Assembly: GCA_964016885.1 (NCBI GenBank)
Contig: OZ024747.1
Location: 39,556,001-39,620,000 of the forward strand
DNA from: Eledone cirrhosa
Taxonomy: Eukaryota
Reading direction: 5' to 3'
DNA length: 64,000 bases
Shown here: in pieces, positions 24,961 to 38,845 of the stretch
Position numbering within the stretch: the first letter of the stretch is position 1
Layout: each line of letters starts with the position of its first letter
Notes under the pieces: generated by a model
Database searches by the model: none
What the model was told of the DNA's origin: nothing
What the model saw: only the letters and a program-made list of their open reading frames with translations
Made by a program: the position numbers and the translations under genes

Positions 24961-25727
24961 AATACACACACATATATAGGTATGTAAAAAAACATAGATA
25001 TAAAAACAGACATACACACATACATATACACATCCACGCGCACATACGAATGCATTCGTATACATATACAAACACGTTTCACACATATTCACACTTACAC
25101 GCATACATACAATATAAAAACCAGCCGTATGAATAAATGAGTACAAATTATACGCAAATAAGCATACATAAAAGCGGCTGAGGGACAACAGAATATATCT
25201 GGAGTTGAAAACGCAAGTGACATCTGATATCAGGCAGTGAAAGAAAAGGGGGAAGTAAAATATGTAAAATTGTGAAGATATAAAGTAAATAAAAAAGCAG
25301 GGAGGGGTGCGTCACTGGTGGATGTGAAGTAACAATAAAGTTAAAAATAAAAATAAATGTAAATCAGAAAGAGAAGTCCGTAAAGAAGGTAAGTTAAGGA
25401 AAGTGAAGAACAAAAGTTTCTGGAGTATAAGTATCTGAATGTGAGTTAAGTTTATATGAGCTGGAAAGAAAGTGTGATATCATGTGTGAGCAACAATTGT
25501 TTTTTTACATACTTATGTGTGTGTGTGTATATATATATGTATATATATATATGGTCGAGTGCGTGCGTGTGATTAGATGTACATGTATGTATATATTTGT
25601 GCTTCGTGTGTATGTATGCGCGCTTTTGTATGTATGTACGCATGTATGTGCTTTTGTCTGTACGTATTTATATATATATTTATATATATAATATATAAGA
25701 ACAAAAGATGGTTAAAAGAGTTCCATG

Positions 25728-25798
25728 TATTTTATTATGCGCATTTCAAAAACAAATATCATCATGCAATAATATTTGTGTTTTCATCAGATAAAACA
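25728..25798 (-). ncRNA. type I hammerhead ribozyme in PLE 3' pLTR
   Basis: TGTTTTAT-CTGATGA-AAAC..GTTTTT-GAAAT-GCGC-ATA-ATAAAATA; 8-bp stem I, palindromic ATGCGCAT stem III. Confidence 0.82.
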
Positions 25799-26154
25799 GG
25801 AAGACATGATATGTGGGTTAAAAAACACTTGTGGATAGTGCAGTTTTAAATCAACATATGAAAAGTAGTTTTAGATTGATGTGTGATATTGGGGAAAATA
25901 TTTTATTTTGAGGGGGGGGGGGTATGAAAAAGAGGAGGAGATGAGAGTAAAAAGCGCAGAGGGAGGAGTATAATGAGGAAGGATGAGATAGGAGGAGAGA
26001 TGGGTGATAGAGAGAGAGAGATAGCTTTTATAACTGAGAATGATATATTGTTTTACATAGAGAGGTTGAAAACCGTTGGAAGATAATGTATAAATTAAAA
26101 GAATTTGAAAATTAACGAAGAGAAAAATAATGTAAAGTTAAGGTTTGTATATTG

Positions 26155-26325
26155 AAGGGTTTAATAATATGTGCGATGAAAAGAAAATGTTAATATGTAT
26201 TAAGAATAATATTTAAGGGTTTAATAATATGTGCGATAGAAAGAAAAAGTTAATATGTATTAAGAATAATATTTAAGGGTTTAATAATATGTGCGATGGA
26301 AAGAAAATGTTGATATGTATTATTA
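26155..26325. repeat. 60-bp tandem repeat x~3 in PLE 3' region
   Basis: ttaataatatgtgcgat...atttaagggt repeated at exactly 60-nt spacing. Confidence 0.9.
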
Positions 26326-29300
26326 AAAAGAACAACAGGTAATTTAGGTAAGGATATATTGTGAGATGAGCATGAATAAGTTAGATGAAGGGAGAAAAGA
26401 ATAATGAATTGAGGATGAATAATCTAACGTCAAAAAAATGCTTATGTTTACGAAGGATTTGTATAAGGTGATATAGAGTAAGAATGTATTGTATTATGTA
26501 ATAATTGTTTCTATGTTAGGCAACAGTGAGAAAAGGTACAGATTAGGGGTTAGACATTAAAAGAAAAAGAGAAGAAAGGGAAGTGATAAATAGGAGCGAT
26601 ATAGAATGAGTAACAAGTATTATATAATGTATAATAAAAACTTTGAAATAAGGTAGAAAGATGGGTATATTTTTAAAGAAGTGTATATATATATATATAT
26701 GTGCCTTTGAGAAAAAGATTCTAAATTGATAAAGTTTTGGATATTAGCTGTATACTTTGTGGAATGTTTTGTGGAATTTATGCAAGCAGATAGAAAACAA
26801 GTCAGTGCGACTATTTATTATAGAATCTAAATTAGATATAATGGTAATTTTTTCATTTAGACAGAGATTGCAAATCTTGGATAGAGAACTGACGCAGAAG
26901 AAACCTTCTTCCAAAAGATGCTATATTTAATATTTTTGTCTTTCAAGGACCATATGAATTCTGAGAGAGCCGTGTTGGTTCTTTTAAGTTTGTATTTAAA
27001 AGACGAATGATGGTTATAAAGACGAGCTTTAAAGGAGGTGGAAGTGGAGCCAAAATAGGTGAAGGAATTGGTGTCAGTTATAACTTTACATTCGTAAATT
27101 AAGTTTTTATCAAGACAATGGTTGTTGAGAGGACATTTATTTTTAACAGGGTAATTGCAATTGCGATTAGAGAGATTATTAACGAGTGACCTAGTGTTAT
27201 CTATAGAGGGAATTGGATTGGAGAAGTTATTTGCGATAGGAATAATAGTTTCTTGATTTAGAATGGGATTAAGAACATTTAGCGAAGTTGTGTTTGACGT
27301 TGTATTTGGGTTTGCAGGAATTAGCCTAGGGTTTACAATGACGTCGGGAGTACTATTACTATTATTATGATATTCAGTGTTGGAAGGAAGAGATTTAGTA
27401 TTTAGTATTTTATTGTTGTGTTTAGAGATAATGTTGGAAATGTTGGAGGATGTAGAATAGGTAAATGTTATAGTGTGTTTGTTAAATATTTTACTATAGA
27501 TATGTGAGGGAGGGAAGCATTTATTTAAGGCACTAAAGAATAATTTAGGAATATTATTATTAATAGAGATGGAGAAAGGAGCATTATACCAGATTATGTT
27601 TTTGTATCTAGGTCTTTTATTAAAGTTATTGGAATGATCATGATTAATTATTCTAATGTAAGATCTTCTAGAATTTGTTTCTTTACTATATTTGATTTTA
27701 TCAGGATAGCCGGCTTTAGAAAGCGCGTTATTATAGTAATTAGCGTTAGCATCAAAGATGTTTTAATTAGAAGATAGGTTAGATATTCTTTTTCCAATAT
27801 TACTAACTATAGCATTTTTGATATTAGTAGGATGGTTAGATTTAAAATTAACATAATTTAGGTTCTCCTTGTTTTTGTGGTAAGGGTAATATAGGCCAGT
27901 GTCAAGATTAAGAGAGACATCCAAGAAATTAGCTAGTTTGATACTGTTATCAAATTCAATTTTTAGGTTATGTTGGTTAAAGAGATTACGTATATTGTTC
28001 TTAATAATATTAAGGTTAACTATGTTGCAATTTAAAATAGTAAAGAGTCCATCGTCACGATAAACTCCACCGCGAAGTTGAGGAATTTTCCGACTCAAAG
28101 AGTTCAAAATAAAGATACCAATTAAATCTGTCAATTGGGATGAATCGGATGCTCCCATTGTGATGTCGAAGTTGTTAGAGGTATCGGCTCTGGTCCAATA
28201 TTCATTGTTGAACTCTAGGATGGTTTTACGTGCGGTGAGAATGATGTGAAGTTCATCTGTGGTGATGTCAGAATATTTAAGTGCGAAAGATAGAGCATTA
28301 TTGAGAAATGAAGGCGAAATAGAAGAATAGTAGCTGGCAATATCAAATTGAACAAATTTTAGTTTGTTTTTATTATTCAATTTGTTAAACCAGCCAATCA
28401 CTTCAGAAGTACCAAACCATAAATTTAAGTTCAAAGAAGAGCAATTAGAACGAACCTGTGGGATAATTCTATCCAAGAGGGGGCGATTAATCTAACAGGT
28501 AGTTCAGTGCGAAAATTATTTTGGGGATCCTTGAGATTTATCCTCGGAGTTCTTGGGAGGAATGGTTCGGTCTTTTTTTCAATGCCAAGTTTTGACATAA
28601 TCTCAGAGGCTTCAAAGTTTATGTATTCTAAATTATCATGGTTGGTTTTACGATATTTTTTCATAAGTTCCTTTAGGATAAGGTTGTTATAATTATCCTT
28701 GGAAATACCATATAAGTTATTGGTTTTGTCAGAGTGGACTAAAACATTTTTTGAGGAATTTAGGTTTGAAATTGTGTTCTTGAGATTTACAAGGTGCTCT
28801 TGTCCTTTATAAGGGTATCTCTTGAATTTAAGATTTTTTATAATTTTAGTTAACTCTTCCTCGAATTGCACTATTATTGCATGATGATATTTGTTTTTGA
28901 AATGCGCATAATAAAATACATGGAACTCTTTTAACCATCTTTTGTTCTTATATATTATGTATACTCCAGTTCTACAAACTGTAGAGTGCTTCTTATCCGA
29001 TATCTGCATTGCTTTATTGTACTACAATAAAACTCACCTCCTACATATTTATATATATATATATATGTGTACGAACCTCTGTATGTTTTCTATTCTTTCT
29101 AGTGTTACTTTATAATTGGTAACACATACCTATTACTTTCTCTTTGATTTAATTCTTTTATTCTTATATATTTTTTCATTTTTTCATTTTCATATTTTAT
29201 ATTTTTTATATATATATATCGACCTTCAGCCTGACACTGCTTTTACTGATACACTACCTTCCCTGTCTATATCGCATGCATGTATGTGGTTGTGCGTGTG

Positions 29301-30249
29301 TGTGTGTATACGCGTGCTTTCATACTTGTATGTGTACATATTTCAATCCTTAGTTCCTAAGTTTGTATGTACGCTAACTCTATTATCTTACAATTTCATT
29401 TTTCAAAATATATTATATACGTATCTGTGGTCACACATACACTGATATGCTTGCCCTCATGTATGAACTTACGCACACATTTGTTCACTATACACATGCA
29501 TTTGTAGGTGTATATACACACATTTATACACATACCCTTACTATATTTCCTTATTTTATTTTTTATATATCGCTTGCATTACTTTTATTTATATATTTGT
29601 TTGCCCGTTAAGCTTTTGCCTTTCTGGAGAAGATTTTTCAAATATTTCACTATGTTTTAAATTGCCTTGTACGAATGGGGATGTTTCTTGTATTCGTCTT
29701 ATTCGGGAAACCTCTGGTAATGAGGTAATTATATTGTATTGTTTATTATACATTAAACGAATGTATACACCAAATACACATAAAAATATATATAAAAAAA
29801 TATATATATATGTGTGTGTGTGTGTGCGCGTGTATACATATAATTAAATAAACATATATAAATAAATAAATACGTATATAACAAGCGCACACACATACAT
29901 ACATGTAAATACACATAGGTTCCGAGACGTACGTCAACCAAAACACGAAGTACACATATACACATACCCTACATACGTACGAACCCGAATACTCACACAG
30001 ACGCAAAACTCTCGTATAGACATAATCAAATGCATATGTACCAGAATATATAATATATACGCCATAACATATACAATCAAGTATACGTACGAAAAACTAT
30101 ACGTATCTTCACAAAACATACAGGTAATATATACTTACCTATACAAATAAGAAATGGTATAAACATAACATATACTTAGCTACCACATCAAGACGTAAAA
30201 TATCCGCGTTTCGTTCGTACTATCCGTTAGGGTATAATGTAGGGCTGTA

Positions 30250-31005
30250 ATACAGGACAGTTTTGTGCAATTTGTGTTTACAAGCCGAAATTGCCTCAGA
30301 TTTTTTGTTTAAGATGTGGTCTTTGGCGTAGAGTATTTCCAGGGCCTCAGCGGCGCAGAGGTCACGTGTTCTTTTATTACCGTTTTACGATCTAGCCCTA
30401 GCTAGGACCTCCCAGTGTAATTTATATTGGGTGTGGTTGTCTTTTAGACTCCAGATATAAGCTGAAAGTGACGTCATATTCCTTCTTAAAGGGTATGCAT
30501 GTAAAGACGCTGCTTGAATCTATTGGCGGTTAACCCTATGTATGCCCTACGGGACGTGGGTGTTTCAACCTTACATTTGTAGACAATGTTGCTAGAGAGG
30601 CATTTCCCGGATAGGGGCAGTCAACCCGATGCCTACAATTACAGTTAGTACTAACTACAGGGTTGCACGTGTTCCTACGGCTAGGTAGTTTAGCTAAATT
30701 TGAAGGTGTGATGTCATGTGCCAGGTTAGGAGTCGTAGAGTAAGAAATTTTAATAGTATTCTATTAGAAATTTTACTATATTTATGTGTAGGGGGAAAAT
30801 GCTTCATAATAAGGGAGAGAAAGATCTTAGCTAATGGTGGGGCCACCTCCATATTATATGTTGGGTTATACCATATAATGCGCTGGGATCTATTTCTTCT
30901 AGGTCTATTCTCGTACTCTGTATATGCTACCTTATCGACAAATTCAGAAGATCCCGTTAAGTGTGAAAGCAACGATTTTTGCTTAAACTTTAATCTGTTA
31001 TTTTA
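30250..31005 (-). mobile_element. second PLE fragment (linker + GIY-YIG), decayed
   Basis: RIIWYNP..KHFPPTHKYSKI..CNCRHRVDCPYPGKCLSSNIVYKCKV..AYIGLT..FKQR..LSAYIWSLKD..LNKKSE..CKH. Confidence 0.85.
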
Positions 31006-31932
31006 ATAAATATATATATATAATCTATACGCACCTATGAAAATATACATATCGATGTGGGGATTATAGTAAGATATGCCCCTATACGGGAGCATGAATA
31101 TATTTGGATGGATAATTGTATGTGGAACACTGACGTTACAACATGACTATATGTATTTCTGTGTGTGTCCGATAGTTCCTCTTTATTTCAATGTTCTTTG
31201 TAGGTGATAAATGTGAATTATTTAAAGTTAGTTTATTTAGTCCCAGGACAAAATTCTAAGGTTAGTTTCCATGTCTTGTCTCCCTCTATTAGAAGTGAAA
31301 TAAGACGGTTTTATTTATTTTTTTTTTTTTTTAAGTAATTCATTTTATTTAAGTTTACAAGTGAATAAGATGTTAACATACGAACAACGGTAAAATAAAA
31401 CGCGAAAAACTTTTCTTTTGAAAGATACTCTGTATTTGAGATGCATGCTTTATGTTCAATATATATTTCTAAAGTAAAAATCGATGCTTCATTCACAACG
31501 CTATTCATTACAAAAACTTTGTAATTAAAAAAAAAAGACGTATCTATCTATGTTTTTATTTTGTACTCTTTTACTTTTGTGTGTGTGTATGTAAATATGT
31601 GTAAACATGCATAATTTCTCTATATATATCAATATTCTACGCCCTAAGATATTATATCAGATCAACTGACAGTTAATATAAAACAAAAATCTGGAAGAAG
31701 ACAAAACATAAAAATCGTATTCATACATTTATTCAAAGAATGTTTAACATGGTAGATTGTAGGCAAGCTAGAATGAGCTAATCTGGTTCCGAAGTAGAGT
31801 ACTTGTAAAATAGTATGACATTTCCAGTAGATATATTTCATTTTCATTATAGAGATTGAGTAGATTTGTGAGGGTTATTGTGGAAAGTTAATATACAAGT
31901 TGCCATTTATATTGAGACCCTCGGGTTATAAT

Positions 31933-31985
<53 letters not shown>

Positions 31986-32086
31986 GAATGAAAAATGGCG
32001 TGCTGTGTTGTTGCAAATGTGATATACAAATTAAAATGAAGAATTAGAAATAGAAGCCAGGACAATCCATCATCAGTGGTCTACTA

Positions 32087-32134
<48 letters not shown>

Positions 32135-32181
32135 TATATGTGTGTGTGTCGTTCTCTTTCTATCTGTCTTTCTTTATCAAT

Positions 32182-32275
<94 letters not shown>

Positions 32276-32285
32276 ACGTATATAT

Positions 32286-32953
32286 ATATGGCGATTGTTT
32301 GTTGGACGTGTTTGATAGTGGATTGAGTTGTGGTGTTGATTCGTTTGTTGTGTGTGTGCTCACTTGTAGCTTGCTATATCGTGTGGTCAATGTTGTGTGA
32401 TGCAGTGTGACCAGAGGATGCATGTGTGCAGGTAAGTAAGTGTTCAATAAGACGATGCAGAAAACGAATATATATAAATGAACCACGATGACACCAAACC
32501 GCTATATTATTCATTTATTGATTATAACTCACGCCGAAGCTATACGAAGAATACACAAGAATTACTGACGTTATTTGTTGGCTTGTAAAAGTAGAGTTAA
32601 AGTCGTATTTACCAAGAACACATCATGAACTTCAATGGCTTGGTTAAGAGAGATGCCAAGAGATAGAGATTGAGTGAACGAGAGATAGCAAGATTCTGTA
32701 TGACACCAAGAGGTCTGTTGAAAGCAAATATTTTACATGTTTACTCAATCAAGAACTGCTTCGAATTGCCGCGGTCTGGTACAAGACATACTATTCATCT
32801 ATGTTGCTTCCTCTGTCCCCAAGCCTTGAGAAGAAACGGCTGACTTCTAGTGGTCAACCACTCTCAGATCTATTTACGCCAGAAAGGAGATAACCCAGAA
32901 AATGAATCGTTAAATGGCACTCAGGGATGAAGGTATGGACAGATTTCACTACA
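32286..32953 (-). mobile_element. solo-LTR-like repeat, copy A
   Basis: Diverged reverse complement of 37931-38587; ends ...gatttcactACA. Confidence 0.5.
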
Positions 32954-32968
32954 CAGTCACATACACAC

Positions 32969-33171
32969 GAATCAGTGTTGTGACGAAAGGAATTTAATGG
33001 ACATATTACAATTGTTTCTCGGGCGACCAGCTCGAGGTACGATCGATGTGGTGATCAAACCGCGATTTCAGAGTCAGGTTTGATCACCACACATGGATCG
33101 TGCCTCGAGCTGGTCGCCCGAGAAACAATTGTAATATGTCCAATAAGTTCCTTTCGTCGAAACACTGATTC
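32969..33171. repeat. fold-back repeat (~92-bp arms, ~17-bp spacer) carrying the 3' half of a hammerhead
   Basis: gaatcagtgtt...gtgatcaaacc / ggtttgatcac...aacactgattc; GAAAC-AATT-GTA in both arms. Confidence 0.88.
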
Positions 33172-33191
33172 TCTTTTTTCTGTGATATCAC

Positions 33192-33261
33192 ATTCTGGTC
33201 TATGAGGGCATCGAGTGCTCATACGGCCTACTCTATAGGGACGCTTTAAGCATCCAACACC

Positions 33262-33315
<54 letters not shown>

Positions 33316-33380
33316 GGTGCTGGATGATTAAAGGGTCCCTATAGAGTAGGCCGTATGAGCATCGATGCCCTCATGGAGCA

Positions 33381-33384
<4 letters not shown>
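33192..33384. repeat. inverted repeat centred on (TA)n
   Basis: attctg..atgagggcatcga..caccaatta (TA)n taattggtg..tcgatgccctcat..cagaat. Confidence 0.88.
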
Positions 33385-33445
<61 letters not shown>

Positions 33446-33452
<7 letters not shown>

Positions 33453-34160
33453 TAGCGAGAATCGCATTTCGGCGGGTAGAAATTAGCGAAACGCAACTTC
33501 CGAAATGTGTAGATAAGCGCTCCATGGATACGAAGAAGATACCAGAGCTATAAACATAAGTTAGAATGGTCATACAAACTGAGACGATGGTTAAGAAGCC
33601 ATTAACCACCAGAGCCAAATAAGCGAACAAGCTAAACGGGTCAAACAAAATAAGATATGATTGAAATAGTTACCCGGACCCTCGGGGAAGATGGAATACT
33701 CTGAATTTGGGTTTCTGCAACACCTAAATCAATAATTGTTTCTACTTTTGGCACAAGGCCAGCAATTACACAGGGTATTACTGGTACTTTATTTTATCGA
33801 CCCCCTAAGGATGAAAGGCAAAGTTAACCTCGGCGGGATTTGAATTCAGAATGGAAAGGGCCGTAACTCTTTGCGTCAAAGCATGAAATCAATAATACTG
33901 TCTGCTTATGAAGAATAAGCTTTTGGTATAATGATCGAACAAGGCATCGCTTTCTCAACAGGGATTTTGTTCTTTGTGGTCTAGAATCTCACAGGTTATG
34001 AAAGCACATGTGAGGTTCCAAGGGGAGAAAACCCCTATTTTGGCCAGTGAATTCAACGTGTGTAGTTATTGCAAAAGTTTGCAAAAATAGCACAAAACGA
34101 ATAAAGCTCTCTACCAAGTTGTTTTTAAAATAAACTTAAGCGATTAATCAGTCAATAGAT
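33446..34160. repeat. unclassified interspersed repeat (paralog at 40572-41110)
   Basis: Both start aaattYagcgagaatcgcatttcggcgggtag after (TA)n and align to ...attaatcWgtcaatag. Confidence 0.75.
33737..33885 (-). mobile_element. tRNA-derived SINE, 5'-truncated, 11-bp TSD
   Basis: Matches 44806-44991; TSD aaatcaataat at 33726-33736 and 33886-33896. Confidence 0.85.
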
Positions 34161-34312
34161 ATATATATCAGTCAATATATCAATATATATATTGATAGAC
34201 TATATATATGCACCAAAATTAGACTTATCGTCCCCTGCTTTTGCTCTTTACTCTCTTTACTCTTTGTTCTTGAATGTTTGGTTGGTACAGTCCATAACAC
34301 CAATCAAACCCC

Positions 34313-34372
34313 TTTTATAGCTCTGACGAATCCTACGGTTACGTAAGGAAGAAACATTGTAAGCCAATAAAA
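34313..34372 (+). ncRNA. type I hammerhead motif
   Basis: GCT-CTGACGA-aTCCTACG-gtta-CGTAaGGA-a-GAAAC-ATT-GTA-AGC then AATAAA. Confidence 0.72.
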
Positions 34373-34586
34373 ATATGTTGATGTTGTAGACGCTCTTGTG
34401 TTCTTTATCATATGTTTATATCTGTATTTTTAACCGTTGGTCAATCAATGAGAAACATTGATTGCCAGATAAATTAACTATGGGGGTATAAAACATACAA
34501 TAGTGAAAACCAATCCAAACCAAAATGTGAGTGTGTTTTCATTATTACTTCTGGCAATATTATAACAATATGACCCTCCTCAAATA

Positions 34587-34653
<67 letters not shown>

Positions 34654-34682
34654 TATATATATAAATATATATAAATATATAA

Positions 34683-34769
<87 letters not shown>

Positions 34770-34801
34770 TATGTGTGTGTATATGTGTGTGTGTGTGTGT
34801 A

Positions 34802-35554
34802 GTTTTAATATAGGAGAGCTTCTACAGGACTAGAACTGTTTCATTCGTGATAAATCATCAGGAAGCTGGCTGTCCACGTAAATATTAGTATTTATGTATT
34901 TCCTTATCTGGCGGTAGGAGAGGGTGGGGATTGGGATGGGTGTAGATCATTGGTTGAAGGATTTAAAGAAAAGGGGATTCATTAAAAGCTAATTCTTTAA
35001 AGCTATAATATTAACAAAGGCAGAAAAAATAATGTAAACATTTTCAAAATTGGAATTCCAATCCTTGTTTATTACTTAAAGTAACAATGGCTGTAAGACA
35101 TTGTAAAACTTCACTATAGAGGTTCACCCCAACACTTGAATCTGTTGATGGAACATTTTCTGCCTTTGTCACCCTCATTTTAGCCTTAAAGAATTAGCTT
35201 CTAAAGAATTTCCCTTTTCTTTAAACCATTGAACCCCACCCATCCTGTAGACACCTGTCTTACAGCCATTGTTAATTTAAGTGATAAACAAGAATTGGTA
35301 TTCCAATTTTGAATTTGTTTACAGTATTCTTTCTGCCTTTGTTAATATTATAGCTTTAAAGAATTAGCTTTTAATGAATCCCCTTTCTTTAAATCCATCA
35401 ACCAATGACACCCACCCAACCCAATCACCACCCTCTACTACCACCAGATAAGGGAAGACATAAATACTACCATTATACGTGGACAGCCAGCTTCCTGATG
35501 ATCTCTCACGAATGAAACAGTTCTAGTCCCGTAGAAGCTCTTCTATATTAAAAC
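34802..35554. repeat. fold-back repeat (~300-bp arms) with outward-pointing hammerheads at 34817-34867 (-) and 35489-35539 (+)
   Basis: Arms 34802-35100 / 35256-35554; AGCTTC-CTGATGA..GAAACAG..CTGTA-GAAGCT; stem II weak. Confidence 0.88.
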
Positions 35555-36017
35555 GTTTATACTCTGGTCACCAGCCCTGTTTTTCCACATGTGCGTTTTA
35601 TTTTCATAATCACGCATGATGTTAAACTAGCCTGCTTTTAAATTCCCTTTTTGGCATATTAATCAGTGAGAATCTGGCTATCATGTTGAGCTCTGCTGAC
35701 GATCGTATTCCAACCGTGACCATCTACACTGAAAGTTTACGTGAAATAGTCTTTTTCAAGACTATAAAGAGCATTTGTAGTTGTCCCAAATTGAAGGATG
35801 AGTATTTTAAACTTTATTTTATCATGAGTTAAGGCTCTATTGATTTTTCCCTGGATTTCACTAAATTCTGTTGGATAAGTCTATATCCTGATTCTTTTTT
35901 AATTGAGTTTGGATTATTTTTCCCACATCTTACGTTAACTATTTTCCCATTTTGACGCTATAGTCACTTATATATTATGGAATACTGTTGGCTACAATAC
36001 TTTCTATACCTTTCATT

Positions 36018-36061
<44 letters not shown>

Positions 36062-36072
36062 GGTGTGTGTGT

Positions 36073-36109
<37 letters not shown>

Positions 36110-36118
36110 TGTGTGTGT

Positions 36119-36229
<111 letters not shown>

Positions 36230-36249
36230 TGTGCGTGTGTGTGTCTGTA

Positions 36250-36600
36250 TATGGCTGCAAAGTCTTGTTTGAGCATTGACATCGCCCTCAAAGATGCTCA
36301 AAATATGAGGCATGAATGTGGCCCTTTAAACCAGCCAAAGACTTGCACCCTCTGGCTCATACATGGCAACTGTAGGCTCCTCTGGGACTTTCCCTTGCAT
36401 TGTTCTGGCTGTGTGTTCTCATGTATTTTAAGACCTCCCATGCTAGCACATTCTTTGCCACATTCCTTACACCTTTTCAGATCATAATCTACATAACGGT
36501 CCACTGATGTGACTTTGTTCATATCTAGTCAAACCAGCTTTGCTCAGGCAGACTCGACCACAGTGGTGGCAAACCAGATGATGTTCAACATCAGGCAGTT
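36250..36600 (-). pseudogene. decayed C2H2 zinc-finger coding fragment (RTE-like C-terminus or ZNF remnant)
   Basis: CHHCGRVCLSKAGLTRYEQSH and CKECGKECASMGGLKIHE in different frames, between (CA)n and (CT)n. Confidence 0.45.
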
Positions 36601-36616
36601 TTCTCTCTCCTTTTCC

Positions 36617-36670
<54 letters not shown>

Positions 36671-37014
36671 CACACTCTCTCTCTCTCTCGCTCTCTCTCT
36701 CTGTCAGTCACACTTTCTCTTGACTGGCCTCTTCCTCGCACTTCCACTCACTCACTCTCCCCTTCTCACTTCCTCCCGTTTGGCCTGTGTGGGGTCCTTT
36801 CTCGCTCACACCTTACTCACGTCGGACGGTCTGTTGTCTCCCTCGCCCATGAATTCACCCAGCTTATGCTGAACGGATATCATGTGCTTGTTTCTTCCTA
36901 TCTTTCTGTTGCTATACCTTATATGTTTGTTTACTTGTCTCGCACGCTTTACGCGATATTACTTGTCCCAATAGCTTTATTTAGCTATTGCTCGCACCAA
37001 CTGGAGGTATATGA

Positions 37015-37121
37015 TTTTGAAAGCGATGAAATACCAATGAAGTTTGGAAAATCACTGATGAAGGATCTCTTTTTTTCAGATGTAACCCATGTGCAACCAC
37101 GCAACACTCAACTCTTCTCAT

Positions 37122-37171
<50 letters not shown>

Positions 37172-37276
37172 ATGAGAAGAATTTAGTGCTGCGTGGTTGC
37201 ATGTGGGTTACATCTGAAAAAAAGAGTCCTTCATCAGTGATTTTCCAACCTTCATTGGTATTTCATCGCTTTAAAA
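37015..37276. repeat. inverted repeat centred on (TA)n, arms contain CTGATGA
   Basis: aagcgatgaaataccaatgaag..tcttctcatgttta (TA)n taaacatgagaaga..cttcattggtatttcatcgctt. Confidence 0.88.
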
Positions 37277-37280
37277 AAAA

Positions 37281-37312
<32 letters not shown>

Positions 37313-37424
37313 AATATAAAGATTTACATATACCTGGTCTAATTGATTTTTTATATGCTTAATTATGCTAATTGGGAGAGGAAATGGTATATATTTTATC
37401 TAATAATTCTAAGGACATGATTTA

Positions 37425-37471
<47 letters not shown>

Positions 37472-37486
37472 ACAACACAATATAAT

Positions 37487-37560
37487 TATTCCATTACCTA
37501 AGGTATCGTGAAACCAGACGATCTTAACAGGAGCGTGCAATAGCCTCATCAGATGAAATA
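37487..37560 (-). ncRNA. hammerhead motif with GATA instead of GAAA; inverted partner of 41951-42024
   Basis: TATTTCAT-CTGATGA..GATAC-CTTAG-GTA-ATGGAATA. Confidence 0.6.
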
Positions 37561-37729
37561 TTTATGTTATGGATTTAAGATTTGAAATTAAAGTATATTA
37601 AAAAAATAAAAATAACAAAAAAAAATACATGTAATAAACTGAATCAGAAACACATATATGCAGAAATACAAAAAATAACAAAAATAAAGATATACTTACA
37701 CACATACACACGCGTATACACACACACAC

Positions 37730-37786
<57 letters not shown>

Positions 37787-37930
37787 CACCCACATATATA
37801 TACATACATACAAACACGCATACATAACATAATTATTCATACACATATACACACACATACATATAGACGTACGCACTCATATATATATATATAACACTCA
37901 CACATATATACACACATATATACATACATA

Positions 37931-38584
37931 TGTAGCGAAATCTGTCCCACACCTTGACCAATGAGTGACATTTTCTGGGTTATCTTCTTTTCGTCGTAAA
38001 CAAGTTGGAGAGTGGACGACCAGGGGACAGAGGAAGCGACAGATGTGTATAGCTTGACTTAAATCAAGTGGTAAGCAGTTTGAAGCAGTTCAAGATGGAG
38101 TAAACATGTAAAACATTTGCTTTCTACAGACCTCTTGGGTTCTTACTTTCTCTTACTCTCTCTCTTTCACTCAATCTCTAATTCTTGGTCTCTCTCTTAA
38201 CCAAGCCAGTGAAGTTCATGAAGTTTCCTTGGTAAATACGTCTTTAATTCTACTTTTACAAACAAACAAATAACCTACATAATTCTTGTCTAATCTTCGT
38301 AAAGCTTCGATGTGAGCTATTTTGAATAAATTAATAATATAGCGGTTTGGTGTCATCGTGGTTCATTCATATATATTCATTTTCTGCGTGATCAAGGAAC
38401 TATCATATCATCATCATATTATTGAACACTAACTTACCTGCACACATGCAACCTCAGGTCACACTGTATCACACAACAGTGACTACACGATACAGCAAGC
38501 TACAAGTGAGCACACATGCATACAACAAACGAATCAATACCACAACACAATCAATTACTAACACGATCAACAAACAATCGCTAT

Positions 38585-38587
<3 letters not shown>
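37931..38587 (+). mobile_element. solo-LTR-like repeat, copy B (TGTAGCGA...TCGCTATACA)
   Basis: TG...CA ends with short terminal inverted repeat, ~650 bp, no ORF; paralog at 32286-32953. Confidence 0.55.
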
Positions 38588-38619
<32 letters not shown>

Positions 38620-38620
38620 G

Positions 38621-38745
<125 letters not shown>

Positions 38746-38780
38746 ATTAATAAATGGAAACTATATTTATAAAACCATTT

Positions 38781-38845
38781 TATTTCATTATATATATTTC
38801 AAGGATACCAAGTTAAATCATGGTATGCCTTCATCAGACAAAATA
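38781..38845 (-). ncRNA. type I hammerhead; inverted partner at 40299-40363
   Basis: TATTTTGT-CTGATGA-AGG.ATACCA..TGGTATCCTT-GAAAT-ATAT-ATA-ATGAAATA. Confidence 0.75.

Larger units (their letters stand above)
25691..29042 (-). mobile_element. Penelope-like element (RT + C-terminal GIY-YIG), 5'-truncated, with inverted pLTR piece at 28872-29042
   Basis: SDKTNNLY, FDIASYYSSI, ITMGASDS, YRDD, FLDV, SNHP; CNYP..CPLNNHCL..IYECKV..TYFGST..FKARLYNH..LSEFIW..CNLC..EK..CLH, stop ~26744; frameshifted; approximate TSD atatttatatatata. Confidence 0.9.

Noticed and set aside
28872-29009. N-terminus MQISDKKH...HHAII of ORF 28431-29009
   Set aside because: Chance read-through of the inverted pLTR fused to the truncated RT frame.
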